DNA of 64,000 nt from Oligoflexia bacterium. Lineage in GTDB: Bacteria; Bdellovibrionota; UBA1018. Each line of letters opens with the position of its first letter. Within the stretch, counting starts at the first letter, position 1. This document shows, in pieces, positions 40,397-50,275 of the stretch. Where the stretch lies: positions 134,103-198,102 of the forward strand of contig JACMNQ010000057.1 of NCBI GenBank assembly GCA_014378465.1. The letters are read 5' to 3'. The notes below the pieces were generated by a model. That model was not told the origin of the DNA. It made no database searches and saw nothing but the letters and a program-made list of their open reading frames with translations. The translations under genes and the position numbers were made by a program.

Positions 40397-42331
40397 ATGG
40401 CTCTTGTAGGTCTTGTGGAAAACAGATACACACGCCAAGTGCAAAACTTCAATGAACTCGATTTAAGCCCCGCCCTTTCCAAAGCAATTTCGGAACTGGG
40501 TTACGAAAAACCTACGCCGATTCAGGCTCAAGCCCTTCCCCTCCTCCTCGGGGATCCCACTGATTTCATGGGACTTGCGGCCACCGGAACCGGCAAGACC
40601 GCTGCCTTCGCCATCCCGCTTCTGGAGCGGATCGATACCGCCAACAAATGCATTCAAGCCATCGTCCTCTGCCCGACGCGCGAACTCGCGCTTCAGGTCT
40701 CCGGCCAGATCAGCCAGCTTGGCAAACACAAGGGTATCAAAGCCCTCCCGATCTACGGCGGCGATAAATTCATGGACCAGGTTCATGACCTGAAACGCGG
40801 CACTTACGTGATCGTTGCGACTCCAGGCCGCCTCCTCGATCATCTGACCCGCAAAAACATTGACCTCGCCGGCGTTCAGACCGTCGTGCTCGATGAAGCC
40901 GACGAAATGATCTCGATGGGTTTCAAGGATGATCTCGAAGCGATTCTTGAGCATACCGATGAAGAACTCCGCAACATCTGGTTGTTCTCGGCCACGATGA
41001 GCAGCGATATCCGCAAGGTCGCCGACTCCTACATGAAGGATTACAAAACTGCCCAGGTCAATCGCACGGAAATGCTTTCCGGCACGATCGAGCAGATCTA
41101 CTACAAGACCCACGAGGGCAACAAACCTGAAGTCCTCTGCAAGCTCATGGATGCGGCTGAAGACTTCTACGGTCTGATCTTCTGTCAGACGAAATCACTG
41201 GTGTCTGACCTGACTGATCTCCTCAAGGAACGCGGTTACATGGTCGACAGTCTTCACGGTGACAAGGATCAGAATCAGCGTGAACGCACGATGAAATCCT
41301 TTCGCGAGAAGAAAGTCACCGTTCTCGTCTGTACCGACGTGGCAGCACGCGGAATCGACGTGAAGGAACTCACTCACGTGATCAACTACTCCCTTCCCCG
41401 CGAACTCGACTCCTACGTTCACCGTATCGGTCGTACCGGCCGCAGCGGATCCAAAGGTCTCGCCCTCAGTCTTGTGACTCCAAGTCACTTCGCTCTGGTC
41501 GGACGCATCGAGAAACTCACCAAGAGTCGCATGACCCTGGGTGTGATCCCGACCCGCAAGGAAATCGCGATCAAACGTGCCAATCAGTATCTCACGAAAT
41601 TCACGGGTACCGAAACCCACAAACGCGCTTCCGAGCTCTTCAGCCCTGAATGGACCGCAGCACTCGAAGGCATGTCTGGCGAAGAAGTCGCTCTGCGCTT
41701 CATCACCCTGCAGTTTGACGACATTCTCACCGACCGTGAGCCAGCCGAAGAAAAAGGCATGGCGGATTCCCGCGGCGGAGATTCGCGGGGCGCCGGCGGC
41801 GGACGTGACTCTCGTTACTCCGGTGGCAGCGGATACCAGGGCGGCGGCGGCTATCAAGGTCGCGGCGCACGAAACGTTGATCGCGGCGAAGGCGGCGGTT
41901 ACCAGGGTGGACGAAGCTCGGGCGGATACGGCGGCGGCGGTGGTTACCAGGGTGGCGGTTATCAGGGCGGCGCAGGCGGCGGAGAGCGAAAGAGTTTTCG
42001 CGATCACAAGCGTGCCGAAGGCTTCGGTGCGAAACCGTCCGGATTCGCCAAGCCCCGCACTTCGGATGATGCTCCTGCCTTTGGGGTGATTCAGGCTTCT
42101 GGTAACGGCGGCTCTTCATATACTTCACATGCGAAACCAGCGGGCGGCGGCGCCTTTGGTGGCGGACATGCTTCGAAACCAGGCGGCAAAGCCGGCGGTT
42201 TCAGTGGCAAAAAAGGCAGCGAAAAGACTTTCGGCCCGAAGAGTGCGGGGACCACGGGTTCAGCCGGTCCTTCAGGCTTCAGCAAGAAGTCTGACAAGCC
42301 TTATGTCAGCAAGCACGGCTCAAAAAGATAA
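40397..42331 (+). CDS. deaD: DEAD-box ATP-dependent RNA helicase with a Gly-rich (GGYQGG/RGG-like) C-terminal tail
   Basis: Q-motif, Walker A AATGTGKTAAF, DEAD (VLDEADEM), SAT and HRIGRTGR motifs. About 200-aa glycine-rich repeat tail. Confidence 0.85.
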   Translation: MALVGLVENRYTRQVQNFNELDLSPALSKAISELGYEKPTPIQAQALPLLLGDPTDFMGLAATGTGKTAAFAIPLLERIDTANKCIQAIVLCPTRELALQVSGQISQLGKHKGIKALPIYGGDKFMDQVHDLKRGTYVIVATPGRLLDHLTRKNIDLAGVQTVVLDEADEMISMGFKDDLEAILEHTDEELRNIWLFSATMSSDIRKVADSYMKDYKTAQVNRTEMLSGTIEQIYYKTHEGNKPEVLCKLMDAAEDFYGLIFCQTKSLVSDLTDLLKERGYMVDSLHGDKDQNQRERTMKSFREKKVTVLVCTDVAARGIDVKELTHVINYSLPRELDSYVHRIGRTGRSGSKGLALSLVTPSHFALVGRIEKLTKSRMTLGVIPTRKEIAIKRANQYLTKFTGTETHKRASELFSPEWTAALEGMSGEEVALRFITLQFDDILTDREPAEEKGMADSRGGDSRGAGGGRDSRYSGGSGYQGGGGYQGRGARNVDRGEGGGYQGGRSSGGYGGGGGYQGGGYQGGAGGGERKSFRDHKRAEGFGAKPSGFAKPRTSDDAPAFGVIQASGNGGSSYTSHAKPAGGGAFGGGHASKPGGKAGGFSGKKGSEKTFGPKSAGTTGSAGPSGFSKKSDKPYVSKHGSKR

Positions 42332-42340
42332 TCTGGTCTT

Positions 42341-43558
42341 GTGACTGATCCAGTGAGTGATTCCCAATCGTTTGACGTGATCATCCTCGGCGCCGGTGGC
42401 GCCGGGATGATGTGCGCCATCGAAGCGGCAAAACGCGGACGCAGAGTCGCGGTCCTGGATCACTCGACGAAGATCGGTCGCAAGATCCTCATCTCGGGCG
42501 GAGGGCGCTGCAATTTCACCAACGTGAATGCGAACCCCACCGCTTATTATTCCAACAATCCCCATTTCTGCAAATCGGCCCTCTCGCGCTTCACACCCGA
42601 CAGATTCATCGCGATGGTCGAAGGCTTTCAGATCCCCTTTCACGAAAAGAAGCTCGGCCAGCTTTTCTGCGACGGGTCCGCACAGAACATCGTTGATCTG
42701 CTGGTAAGCGGCTGCACTGAAGCCGGTGTCGAATTCGTTCTCGATACGCAGATTCATTCCGTCAGGAAACCTGAAGGTTCCGTGACTTTCGCGGTCGACA
42801 CTTCACGCGGAGTCTACGCAGCGGACTCGGTCGTCATCGCGACCGGTGGACTTTCCATTCCAAAGGTCGGGGCCACCGGATTCGGTTACGAACTCGCGCG
42901 TCGCTTCGGCATCGCGCTCGTACCCACGGTTCCAGCGCTGGACGGCTTCGTGTTCGCTGAAAAGGAAGCCGCGGACCTCAAGGAAATGGCGGGAGTCTCG
43001 GCCGACACGATCGTCACATGCAATGACGTTTCCTTCCGGGAAAATATCCTCTTCACGCACGCCGGTCTGAGTGGCCCGGCCATTCTCCAGGCTTCGCTCT
43101 ACTGGAATCCCGGCAACACGGTCACGATCAACCTCCTGCCCGAAACGCCGCTCCTGCCCTGGCTTCTAGAAAAGAAGAAGCAGGCTGCACGCACTGAGCT
43201 GAAAAATCTGATCAGTGAGCTCCTCCCACGAAGAATCACGGAACGATTCATCGAACTTCATCTAGACTCCGCTCTGCTGCAAATCCCGCTTACGCAAATG
43301 CCTGAAAAGCCGCTTGAAGAATTTTGCGCAAAAATTCACGCGTGGACTTTCGTGCCAAAAAGTACTGTTGGTTATTCAAAAGCCGAAGTCACTCGCGGTG
43401 GAGTCAATACGGATGAACTTTCCAGCAAGACCATGGAATCCAAAAAAGTTCCGGGGCTCTATTTCATCGGTGAAGTGGTAGACGTGACCGGCCGCCTGGG
43501 CGGGTACAATTATCAGTGGGCCTGGGCTTCAGGATGGGCATCCGGGCAGTACGTCTAG
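42341..43558 (+). CDS. HI0933/BaiN-family FAD-dependent oxidoreductase (YhiN-like)
   Basis: N-terminal FAD motif DVIILGAGGAGMMCAIEAA, GGGRCN motif, C-terminal GEVVDVTGRLGGYN. Confidence 0.75.
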   Translation: MTDPVSDSQSFDVIILGAGGAGMMCAIEAAKRGRRVAVLDHSTKIGRKILISGGGRCNFTNVNANPTAYYSNNPHFCKSALSRFTPDRFIAMVEGFQIPFHEKKLGQLFCDGSAQNIVDLLVSGCTEAGVEFVLDTQIHSVRKPEGSVTFAVDTSRGVYAADSVVIATGGLSIPKVGATGFGYELARRFGIALVPTVPALDGFVFAEKEAADLKEMAGVSADTIVTCNDVSFRENILFTHAGLSGPAILQASLYWNPGNTVTINLLPETPLLPWLLEKKKQAARTELKNLISELLPRRITERFIELHLDSALLQIPLTQMPEKPLEEFCAKIHAWTFVPKSTVGYSKAEVTRGGVNTDELSSKTMESKKVPGLYFIGEVVDVTGRLGGYNYQWAWASGWASGQYV

Positions 43559-44006
43559 GGTCCCTGCCACCCCAATCATGTGGAGGACTTGGCAAATCAG
43601 ATTCGCTTCACTCCTGCAGTCATGAGGCTGGACGCCAAATGAGCAGCAGTGAGGCGCAGCGCTGTTTTAAAAAACCGAGGATTTGCGTCGGGGAACGAAC
43701 GGGATACATTGCCAGAAGGATACGGGCGTCATTGATGAAATTCTTCCAGCTTTCAAGGACATCCGACAGTTCATGGCGAATCAGAGCGATCTGGTTGAAA
43801 CGGTGGCTGGACTGAAAGAGCTGATCCGCGTCAAAGGCAGACGTTTGCCTCGTGAAAAAGAGCTTTGCGCTCTTGACTGTTCTTACATAAATCGACAATA
43901 ATAAAGAGGTTCTCGACCCTATATGGGTTTGAAAGGAGGTGGTGAGATGACAAATGCTTATTGTAGTCTCACGGCGGAGGGCTTGATTTCTTAAGACCCT
44001 GCCGCC

Positions 44007-45104
44007 GTGGTCTGTTTTCGGGGGAGAAGGAGAAATCCTTCTCCCCTTTTTCGTTTTCACGAACTGAAACCTGAGGCACTCATTTCAACTTTCCTGTTCC
44101 TGAATCCTTGTGTGAGAGATCTCTACTGGGCCCTGAAAGGACCCGGCCTTCTTTCTTCAACTCACTCGCCCTTTGTGAATCGAGTGGTTGCTGATCTGGA
44201 GATCGAAGCACAGCTTGCGCTCCAACTGGGCAGCCTCACGCAACTCGACGTGGCTCCGGGTCCACTCGAAACGCATCTGCTCGAGCAGACCGCGACGACT
44301 CAGCGCCTCGGTCGCTATTTCGAAGCCCTGCTCAGCTACTGGATCCAGAAAGTTCTGAAACCGCATGTTTTTTCATCTAATCTGATCATTTCCGGAATTC
44401 CAGGCGAGGGCATGCGCAAAACCACGCTGGGTGAGCTGGACGTCGTGAGCCAGCGCGAACCCGGAATGACCGGAGAGCACTGGGAAGCTGCAGTCAAATT
44501 CTACCTCTTTGCCGGCAGCACGCCTGCTGAAGCGCTTGCTCCGGAATTCTACGTCGGCACGATGGTTCGGGATCGGCTTGACCTCAAGATCGACAAGCTC
44601 TTCAATCATCAGCTTCGGATCACGGACCGACCGGAGACGCAAGATACCCTGCGGAAGCTCGGAATCAACTTGGTTCGCAGTCGAGCGCTCGTCAAGGGAA
44701 TACTCTTCTATCCGCTCGGTGAAAATTGGCAGATACATCCCACGCCTGTTGAAGTGTCTCCCCGACATCAACGCGGCTGGTGGTTGCCCAGTGATCAGAC
44801 ACAGGAACTTGAAGTGCACTGCCGAGCGGACAGCCGTTACCTGATTCTGCGCAAAGTTCGCTGGCTTTCACCAGGAAGAGCCCCGATACCCGCTCAAAAT
44901 CCTGACTCCGGCCCCATGACTCTCCCGGAACTGCGTCAGTTTCTTGACCGCCATTTTGGAGAGAGCGGCCATCCCCTGATGATTTCCGAACTGAATCTCC
45001 GACTTTCCGGTGAGCAGGAAATCTCCCGAGGCCTGTTTGTGGACCCGGGCTGGCTCGGTCGCGCTCAGACGGTCCTCCATGGACTCCGTCAAGATTCTTG
45101 CTGA
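44007..45104 (+). CDS. Hypothetical protein (possibly DUF1853-like); the real start lies downstream of the terminator at about 44060-44412
   Basis: Long ORF with protein-like composition. The N-terminal roughly 18 codons translate the terminator hairpin. First ATG at about 44412; GTG/TTG candidates lie earlier. Confidence 0.4.
   Translation: MVCFRGRRRNPSPLFRFHELKPEALISTFLFLNPCVRDLYWALKGPGLLSSTHSPFVNRVVADLEIEAQLALQLGSLTQLDVAPGPLETHLLEQTATTQRLGRYFEALLSYWIQKVLKPHVFSSNLIISGIPGEGMRKTTLGELDVVSQREPGMTGEHWEAAVKFYLFAGSTPAEALAPEFYVGTMVRDRLDLKIDKLFNHQLRITDRPETQDTLRKLGINLVRSRALVKGILFYPLGENWQIHPTPVEVSPRHQRGWWLPSDQTQELEVHCRADSRYLILRKVRWLSPGRAPIPAQNPDSGPMTLPELRQFLDRHFGESGHPLMISELNLRLSGEQEISRGLFVDPGWLGRAQTVLHGLRQDSC
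44018..44058 (+). terminator. Strong rho-independent terminator
   Basis: 11-bp stem GGGGAGAAGGA/TCCTTCTCCCC with loop GAAA, followed by TTTTTCGTTTTC. It lies inside the 5' end of the long ORF 44007-45104, so that ORF's real start must be downstream. Confidence 0.7.
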
Positions 45105-45156
45105 GTCCCCCACAAACCCGGTTCATTTTTAAACAGGAACTCTATACAATTTTTGA

Positions 45157-45633
45157 ATGAACGTGAATCTTCCCCAAGCCCTGTTTCATTACATCCGTGA
45201 ATTTGAATCCGCCCAGTGTCAGGTCACTCGTCGAGGCAATGAGATCACCATTCGCCCGCCCTGCTGGGATATGGCTTTCTTTCCGATGGGACAGATGGGG
45301 ATGAGCGAGCAGCTTCACACGCTTTTTGGGGACGACATCACGATCGCCTTTGATGAAAATGACAAAGTCAGCGTCCGCTTTCAGTACTGGAAGCCTTTCC
45401 GGATCTTCCTGCACGTGGCGGCGACTCTCCTGTTCGGAATGGGACTGTTTCTCGGCCAGGGCGAACAAGGCATCACTCCTTCGATTCTGGGAATCCTCGC
45501 CGCGAACCTGAGCGTCGCACTCATCACGGGCCTTTCCCTTTATCCATGTCTTAAAGCCTTCTCCAGCGCGCAGAAGAAAGCGGGAGCCAAGGAAATCGTC
45601 CGGAAGAACTGGTTTGAAAAATCAGGAACCTGA
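45157..45633 (+). CDS. Hypothetical membrane protein
   Basis: Two or three hydrophobic helices in the C-terminal half. Confidence 0.35.
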   Translation: MNVNLPQALFHYIREFESAQCQVTRRGNEITIRPPCWDMAFFPMGQMGMSEQLHTLFGDDITIAFDENDKVSVRFQYWKPFRIFLHVAATLLFGMGLFLGQGEQGITPSILGILAANLSVALITGLSLYPCLKAFSSAQKKAGAKEIVRKNWFEKSGT

Positions 45634-45936
45634 GACCTTGTACCCTTTCACGATCGTCCCGTTGGTCAGAGTCACGTAGAATTCCTCGATCAGCTTTCGC
45701 TTGACCGCGAGCTTGATGATGTCCGAGTCAAAGCCGTGCTCGGCCAGATCCTTGAGCGTGGGAAGTTCCCCATTCTGCCCGCGGAAAGTCGAAACGAATT
45801 TCTCCAGGCGGCGCTGGGTGAAGAGATCCAGCTGCCTGCTCATGGGCGCCTGCCTGTCGCTCTTCGAATTGCCGGAATTGTCGTCTGCCATGAGATGAGC
45901 GTACAACATTCTGCAGTCGTTTGCAGGAACATCCAT
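45622..45936 (-). CDS. Hypothetical protein
   Basis: ORF only. Confidence 0.25.
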   Translation of the reverse strand: MDVPANDCRMLYAHLMADDNSGNSKSDRQAPMSRQLDLFTQRRLEKFVSTFRGQNGELPTLKDLAEHGFDSDIIKLAVKRKLIEEFYVTLTNGTIVKGYKVSGS

Positions 45937-45986
45937 TGCAGGCTGTATGGAAACTCAACTTTTCATCCATTTCAATCGAGGTACTT

Positions 45987-47090
45987 ATGCGCATTCAACT
46001 CAAGAAAATCAAGGATCAGGTCATCGTCATCACGGGAGCCTCAAGCGGCATCGGCCTGTGCACGGCGCAAAGAGCCGCAGCAAAGGGAGCCTGTGTCGTC
46101 CTTGCCTCCAGAAACGAGGCGGACCTGAAACGCATCACCCAGCAGATCAAGGAGACCGGCGGGCGAGCAACTTACGTCGTGGCCGATGTGGCTGTGCTCG
46201 AAGATGTTGAAAGAATCGGAGACGCGGCGATCGACGAGTTCGGACGCATCGACACCTGGGTCAACAATGCGGGAGTCTCCATCTACGGCAGACTGACGGA
46301 AGTCAAAATGTCCGACAAACGTCGACTCTTCGATGTGAACTTCTGGGGCACCGTCAACGGCTGCAAAGTCGCGGTTCCTCATCTGAAAGCGACCGGCGGA
46401 GCCATCATCAACATCGGCAGTGTCCTCTCTGAGAGAGTGATTCCGCTTCAGGGCATTTACTGCGCATCCAAACACGCCGTGAAAGCCTACACTGACGGCC
46501 TTCGCATGGAACTGGAGGCGGCAGGTTTTCCGATCGCAGTCACTCTCGTCAAACCTGCCGCAATCGACACGCCGTATCCCGAGCATGCGAAAAACTACAT
46601 GGAAGGTCAGCCCACGCACACTCCTCCCGTTTACCATCCTGAGGTCGTCGCTCGAGCGATCCTGAACAGTGCGGTACATCGCCAGCGCAGTATCTTCGCA
46701 GGAGGAAGTGGCGTGCTCTTTTCTTTCATGGAAAAGTTCATGCCCCGCACCACTGACTTGATGATGGAACGAAACATGATGGAAAGCGGCCAGTCCAGGG
46801 ACAGCATGGCCTATGGTGAAGACATTCTCGTCAACCCTGGAAAGAATGAAGGAAAAATTCGAGGCAGGTATGAAGGTCATGTCATGAGATCGAGCCTTTA
46901 CACCAAGGTGGCGTCCGATCCGAAGAACTTCGCGGTCCTTTTGGGAGCCGTCGCAGTCGTCGGCACACTCTGGCTGACACGCAGATCCTGGATGGATGGA
47001 GTCATCGAAGGCTACAACGACTTGAGGCAGAACCGACTCGAAAACGTGATTGATTTTGATCGAAACCGCAAAACTCAGGAAGTCGCCTGA
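45987..47090 (+). CDS. SDR-family oxidoreductase with a C-terminal membrane-anchoring extension
   Basis: TGASSGIG cofactor motif, NNAG, catalytic YxxxK (YCASKHAVK). C-terminal hydrophobic helix. Start set at MRIQLKK. Confidence 0.8.
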   Translation: MRIQLKKIKDQVIVITGASSGIGLCTAQRAAAKGACVVLASRNEADLKRITQQIKETGGRATYVVADVAVLEDVERIGDAAIDEFGRIDTWVNNAGVSIYGRLTEVKMSDKRRLFDVNFWGTVNGCKVAVPHLKATGGAIINIGSVLSERVIPLQGIYCASKHAVKAYTDGLRMELEAAGFPIAVTLVKPAAIDTPYPEHAKNYMEGQPTHTPPVYHPEVVARAILNSAVHRQRSIFAGGSGVLFSFMEKFMPRTTDLMMERNMMESGQSRDSMAYGEDILVNPGKNEGKIRGRYEGHVMRSSLYTKVASDPKNFAVLLGAVAVVGTLWLTRRSWMDGVIEGYNDLRQNRLENVIDFDRNRKTQEVA

Positions 47091-47205
47091 TCGTATCTTC
47101 GCATTTCCAACAGTGGAAACTGCGTCTTGCCCTGGCACACACGCGAAAAAGCCCGACTCATCCTTGAGTTCGGGCTTTTTCCTTTTCAAACTCAGCTTCA
47201 ATGCT

Positions 47206-48018
47206 TCAGAAAGATTTCATGGGCTGCTGCTGAATTGCGGACTGAATCATGTTGAAGGCGATGTCATGATCGAGCCCATCCGAATCCGAAAGACCCAGTT
47301 TGCCTCTCCAGCTCTCAGGCGCCTCGGGATGAGGAGCGGAGAGAATCATGAGACCGTTGCCGGCCCAGGCCTGAGCGATCGCCGGCTGTCCGGTGTCTCC
47401 GTAGCGCGCGATGACGCCGCCTGGAAACTCGGGCAGGGTGGGTCCACCCCACCACACCAGATTGCGCTTCGTACCGTCGGAGAGATTCACGGATACCATG
47501 GCAGTGTCCGTCCCTTCATCCTCAAGATGGTAGTAAGGCAAAGTCGGTTGAGCGATGAGAGAGAAGCCCCATTTCGTGTCCGGACTGATCGCAATGAAAG
47601 CGCCGGCACAGAAGCCCACGAAGCCGACTCCGCGTTCCTTGACGGCTGCCTGGATGTTCCGGCGCGTCGAAGCCTTGAGACTGTCACTCATCTGCCCCGC
47701 GTATCCGCCGGGCCAGACGATCGCGCCAAAAGTGGCGAGTTCCTCCACGGTCATCTGATCCATTTGGGACGAATTCCTGATGACGCTGGACAGGCCATGG
47801 GCATCCGCGATCGTCTGCAGCGATTCAGCGTCACCATAGGCAGTAGCAGAGCCCTGAAAGATCAGAATGTCCGTCTTGAAAGCGGTATGCGACACCTGCG
47901 GGCGGCTCGTCTGAACACTGCTTGAAATCTCACCTGCGTCGGCGCTGGAAGCGGATGAGCCACATCCGGTGAGTACGAAAACGGAAGCCACGATTGCGGG
48001 CAACAGGAATTTGACCAC
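47206..48018 (-). CDS. Lipoprotein with a class-I glutamine-amidotransferase-like (BPL_N/DJ-1-like) fold, hypothetical
   Basis: Lipobox LTGC. IVWPGGYA ... GFVGFCAGAF resembles the GATase1 nucleophile-elbow region. Confidence 0.45.
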   Translation of the reverse strand: MVKFLLPAIVASVFVLTGCGSSASSADAGEISSSVQTSRPQVSHTAFKTDILIFQGSATAYGDAESLQTIADAHGLSSVIRNSSQMDQMTVEELATFGAIVWPGGYAGQMSDSLKASTRRNIQAAVKERGVGFVGFCAGAFIAISPDTKWGFSLIAQPTLPYYHLEDEGTDTAMVSVNLSDGTKRNLVWWGGPTLPEFPGGVIARYGDTGQPAIAQAWAGNGLMILSAPHPEAPESWRGKLGLSDSDGLDHDIAFNMIQSAIQQQPMKSF

Positions 48019-48192
48019 TCAGTCTCCTTTGACAACGATTTGTGAAGCCAGAAGCGTAGTGAACTTTGCAATGAACCGTCAAACTCTTTTCAGCGGACAA
48101 CCCTGCATTTCTGAGGTCGTCCGCTTCGATGCGGGTTTAAATGGATCTTATAGAAAATTGACTGAACCCGGTCGCTCCCTTAGAATCGGGGC

Positions 48193-49125
48193 ATGACTCA
48201 ACTTTACTGCTCTCGACTCTGGACCACGGGACTTCTGACCATTCTCAGCATAGTTGGCTGCAGCACTGCACCTGCTCCGGTTCCGGTTCAGGAAGGTCTG
48301 CCTTTGCATGTGTGGGCCGAAGTGACGACCCCCAGATCCGGACCTGCCAATTCCATTGGATCCCCTTCGGCGGGATGTCTGGCCGGAGGAGTCACGCTTC
48401 CACCCGATGGGCCAGGTTTTGAAATGATGCGACTCACTCGGAGACGGTTTTATGGGCATCCGTCGTTGATCTCCTTTTTGCAGAACTACGGCTCGAAACT
48501 GAAGAAGCAGCAACTCGGCCCCGTCCTCGTGGGAGACCTCGGCCAACCTCGGGGTGGCCCGATGCCTTCGGGACACCAGAGCCATCAGAGCGGACTCGAC
48601 GTCGACCTCTGGTACTGGCATCCGGCGGATCTCAAGAACCGGAATCTGACTCTCGACGAACGTGAACAGCTCGCCGCACTTTCAGTGCTGACCCCGTCTC
48701 CGTATCCGGCGTCGCCGTCGCTTGCAACCGCGAACACTCCTGCGGTCTCTTCGGAACTGTTCACTGCCGAGCAGATCCAGTTTCTGAAAACCGCCGCGGC
48801 CTTTCCGGATGTGGACCGGATCTTCGTCAACCCGAACATCAAAAAGTACCTCTGTGAGCGCGAAAAGAATCCTGCAGACCGTGAGTGGCTCCACAAGCTC
48901 AGACCCTGGTGGGGGCATGACGATCATTTTCATGTTCGCTTGAACTGCCCACTGGACAGCACGGACTGCATCCCGACCGCAAAGATCGAAGAAGGTTCAG
49001 GCTGCGGCACCACGCTGGATTGGTGGTTCACTGCCGAGGCTGCGCAACCTCCCGCCTTGCTGGAACCGGAAAAACCTAGGGAGCTGGTTCTTCCGCTGGC
49101 TTGCCAGGTGATCGGAGAATCGTGA
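48193..49125 (+). CDS. mepA: Penicillin-insensitive murein endopeptidase (peptidase M74)
   Basis: HQSGLDVDLW and GHDDHFHVRL zinc-ligand motifs. Signal/lipoprotein N-terminus. Confidence 0.8.
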   Translation: MTQLYCSRLWTTGLLTILSIVGCSTAPAPVPVQEGLPLHVWAEVTTPRSGPANSIGSPSAGCLAGGVTLPPDGPGFEMMRLTRRRFYGHPSLISFLQNYGSKLKKQQLGPVLVGDLGQPRGGPMPSGHQSHQSGLDVDLWYWHPADLKNRNLTLDEREQLAALSVLTPSPYPASPSLATANTPAVSSELFTAEQIQFLKTAAAFPDVDRIFVNPNIKKYLCEREKNPADREWLHKLRPWWGHDDHFHVRLNCPLDSTDCIPTAKIEEGSGCGTTLDWWFTAEAAQPPALLEPEKPRELVLPLACQVIGES

Positions 49126-49504
49126 GAAGTTTCTCAAAATCATAAGGACGAGTCAGAAACCTTGAATTTTCGCTCAAGGCTTTCGAAGCCAGGGCGTCGG
49201 GCGTGAGGTCTGTGATGAGCACGCGTGGAATGGAGGATAATTCCGGGTCAGCGCTCAGAATGCCTTCCGCTTCAAATTCATCCATGTCTTCAAAAACCAG
49301 ATCAATGAGAATGACTTCTGGCCGCTGCTCGCCCGCGCTCTCCCGGGCCATCTGCAAGCCGTAGCTTCCAAAAGGTGCACACTGGACTTCATAGAGCGGA
49401 CTCAATCGAGTTTCGTAGACTTCGAGTTTTTCCCAATCATCGACAATGGCCAGAAGCTTTTTTTTCACGTTTTCAGCATCCCTCGGCGACCCAACCCATG
49501 TCAA
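49076..49504 (-). CDS. Receiver-like (REC) domain protein, possibly degenerate
   Basis: KKLLAIVDD with acidic-pocket-like residues and a VLITD motif. Confidence 0.4.
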   Translation of the reverse strand: MTWVGSPRDAENVKKKLLAIVDDWEKLEVYETRLSPLYEVQCAPFGSYGLQMARESAGEQRPEVILIDLVFEDMDEFEAEGILSADPELSSIPRVLITDLTPDALASKALSENSRFLTRPYDFEKLLTILRSPGKPAEEPAP

Positions 49505-49540
49505 AGTTTACAAGCCGCGAAAAAGAGGTAAAGTCAGGCT

Positions 49541-50275
49541 ATGAAACTCACTTCCCGCTTTTACCTGAGCATTCTCTTCAGTTTCGCCTTCAGTGCCTTC
49601 TCCTCTTTTCCAGGCGACTTCGCTCAAGCTTCTGATCGACTGATCACCGTGACGGGTACCTGTCACCGCATGATCACCCCGGATCGGGCTTCCGTCATTC
49701 TCACGGCTGAGGATCAGAACAAGGATCTCAAGATCGCGTCACAGAAGGCTTCTGAAACCTATGCAAGGGTCAGAACCGCGGTACAGAAACTCGGCCTCGA
49801 AGCCGTCGAACTGAAAACGGTGGAGTACTCCTTGAACGCGGTTCGAGAGTGGGTCAAGGACCGAGAAGTCATGAAGGGCTACAAAGCCCGGATCGGCCTC
49901 AGTGTCTCCACTTCGCAAACTCAACGCCTGGGCGAAGTTCTGGCGATCGCGGCGCGTGAGGAAATCAGGGACATTGGAAAACTCAGCGCTTACCTTTCAG
50001 ACGACAGACTGCAGTCTGAGCAATTTGCCTGCCTGAAAAGCGCGGCCGAAAATGCTCGCGCAAAAGCCGACCGACTCGCGGCTTCACTGAACGTCCACGT
50101 CGGAGAAACGGTGAGCGTCAACGAAGGCGTTCCTCCCCCTCCCAATCCTCCCACGCCGATGATGAGTGAGACCATGAACTTCAAATCTTCCATGCGAGAA
50201 ATGGCGCCACCGTCGATCGAAGCGGGACAGCAGCCCCTGTCCCTGACCGTCCTGGTCACTTTCAGCCTCAGATGA
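49541..50275 (+). CDS. SIMPL-domain (DUF541) periplasmic protein
   Basis: Signal peptide followed by the SIMPL-like pattern (ITVTG...AR..A...A..L). Confidence 0.6.
   Translation: MKLTSRFYLSILFSFAFSAFSSFPGDFAQASDRLITVTGTCHRMITPDRASVILTAEDQNKDLKIASQKASETYARVRTAVQKLGLEAVELKTVEYSLNAVREWVKDREVMKGYKARIGLSVSTSQTQRLGEVLAIAAREEIRDIGKLSAYLSDDRLQSEQFACLKSAAENARAKADRLAASLNVHVGETVSVNEGVPPPPNPPTPMMSETMNFKSSMREMAPPSIEAGQQPLSLTVLVTFSLR

Noticed and set aside
41195-42007. 270-aa minus-strand ORF
   Set aside because: Generated by the GC-rich glycine-codon repeats of the helicase tail. Ala/Thr low complexity.
46041-47201. 386-aa minus-strand ORF
   Set aside because: Antisense to the SDR gene (TGASSGIG, YxxxK motifs on plus).
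47050-47925. 291-aa plus-strand ORF
   Set aside because: Overlaps the minus-strand lipoprotein gene, which has a proper lipobox and coherent domain. The plus ORF is Arg/Ser-rich low complexity.
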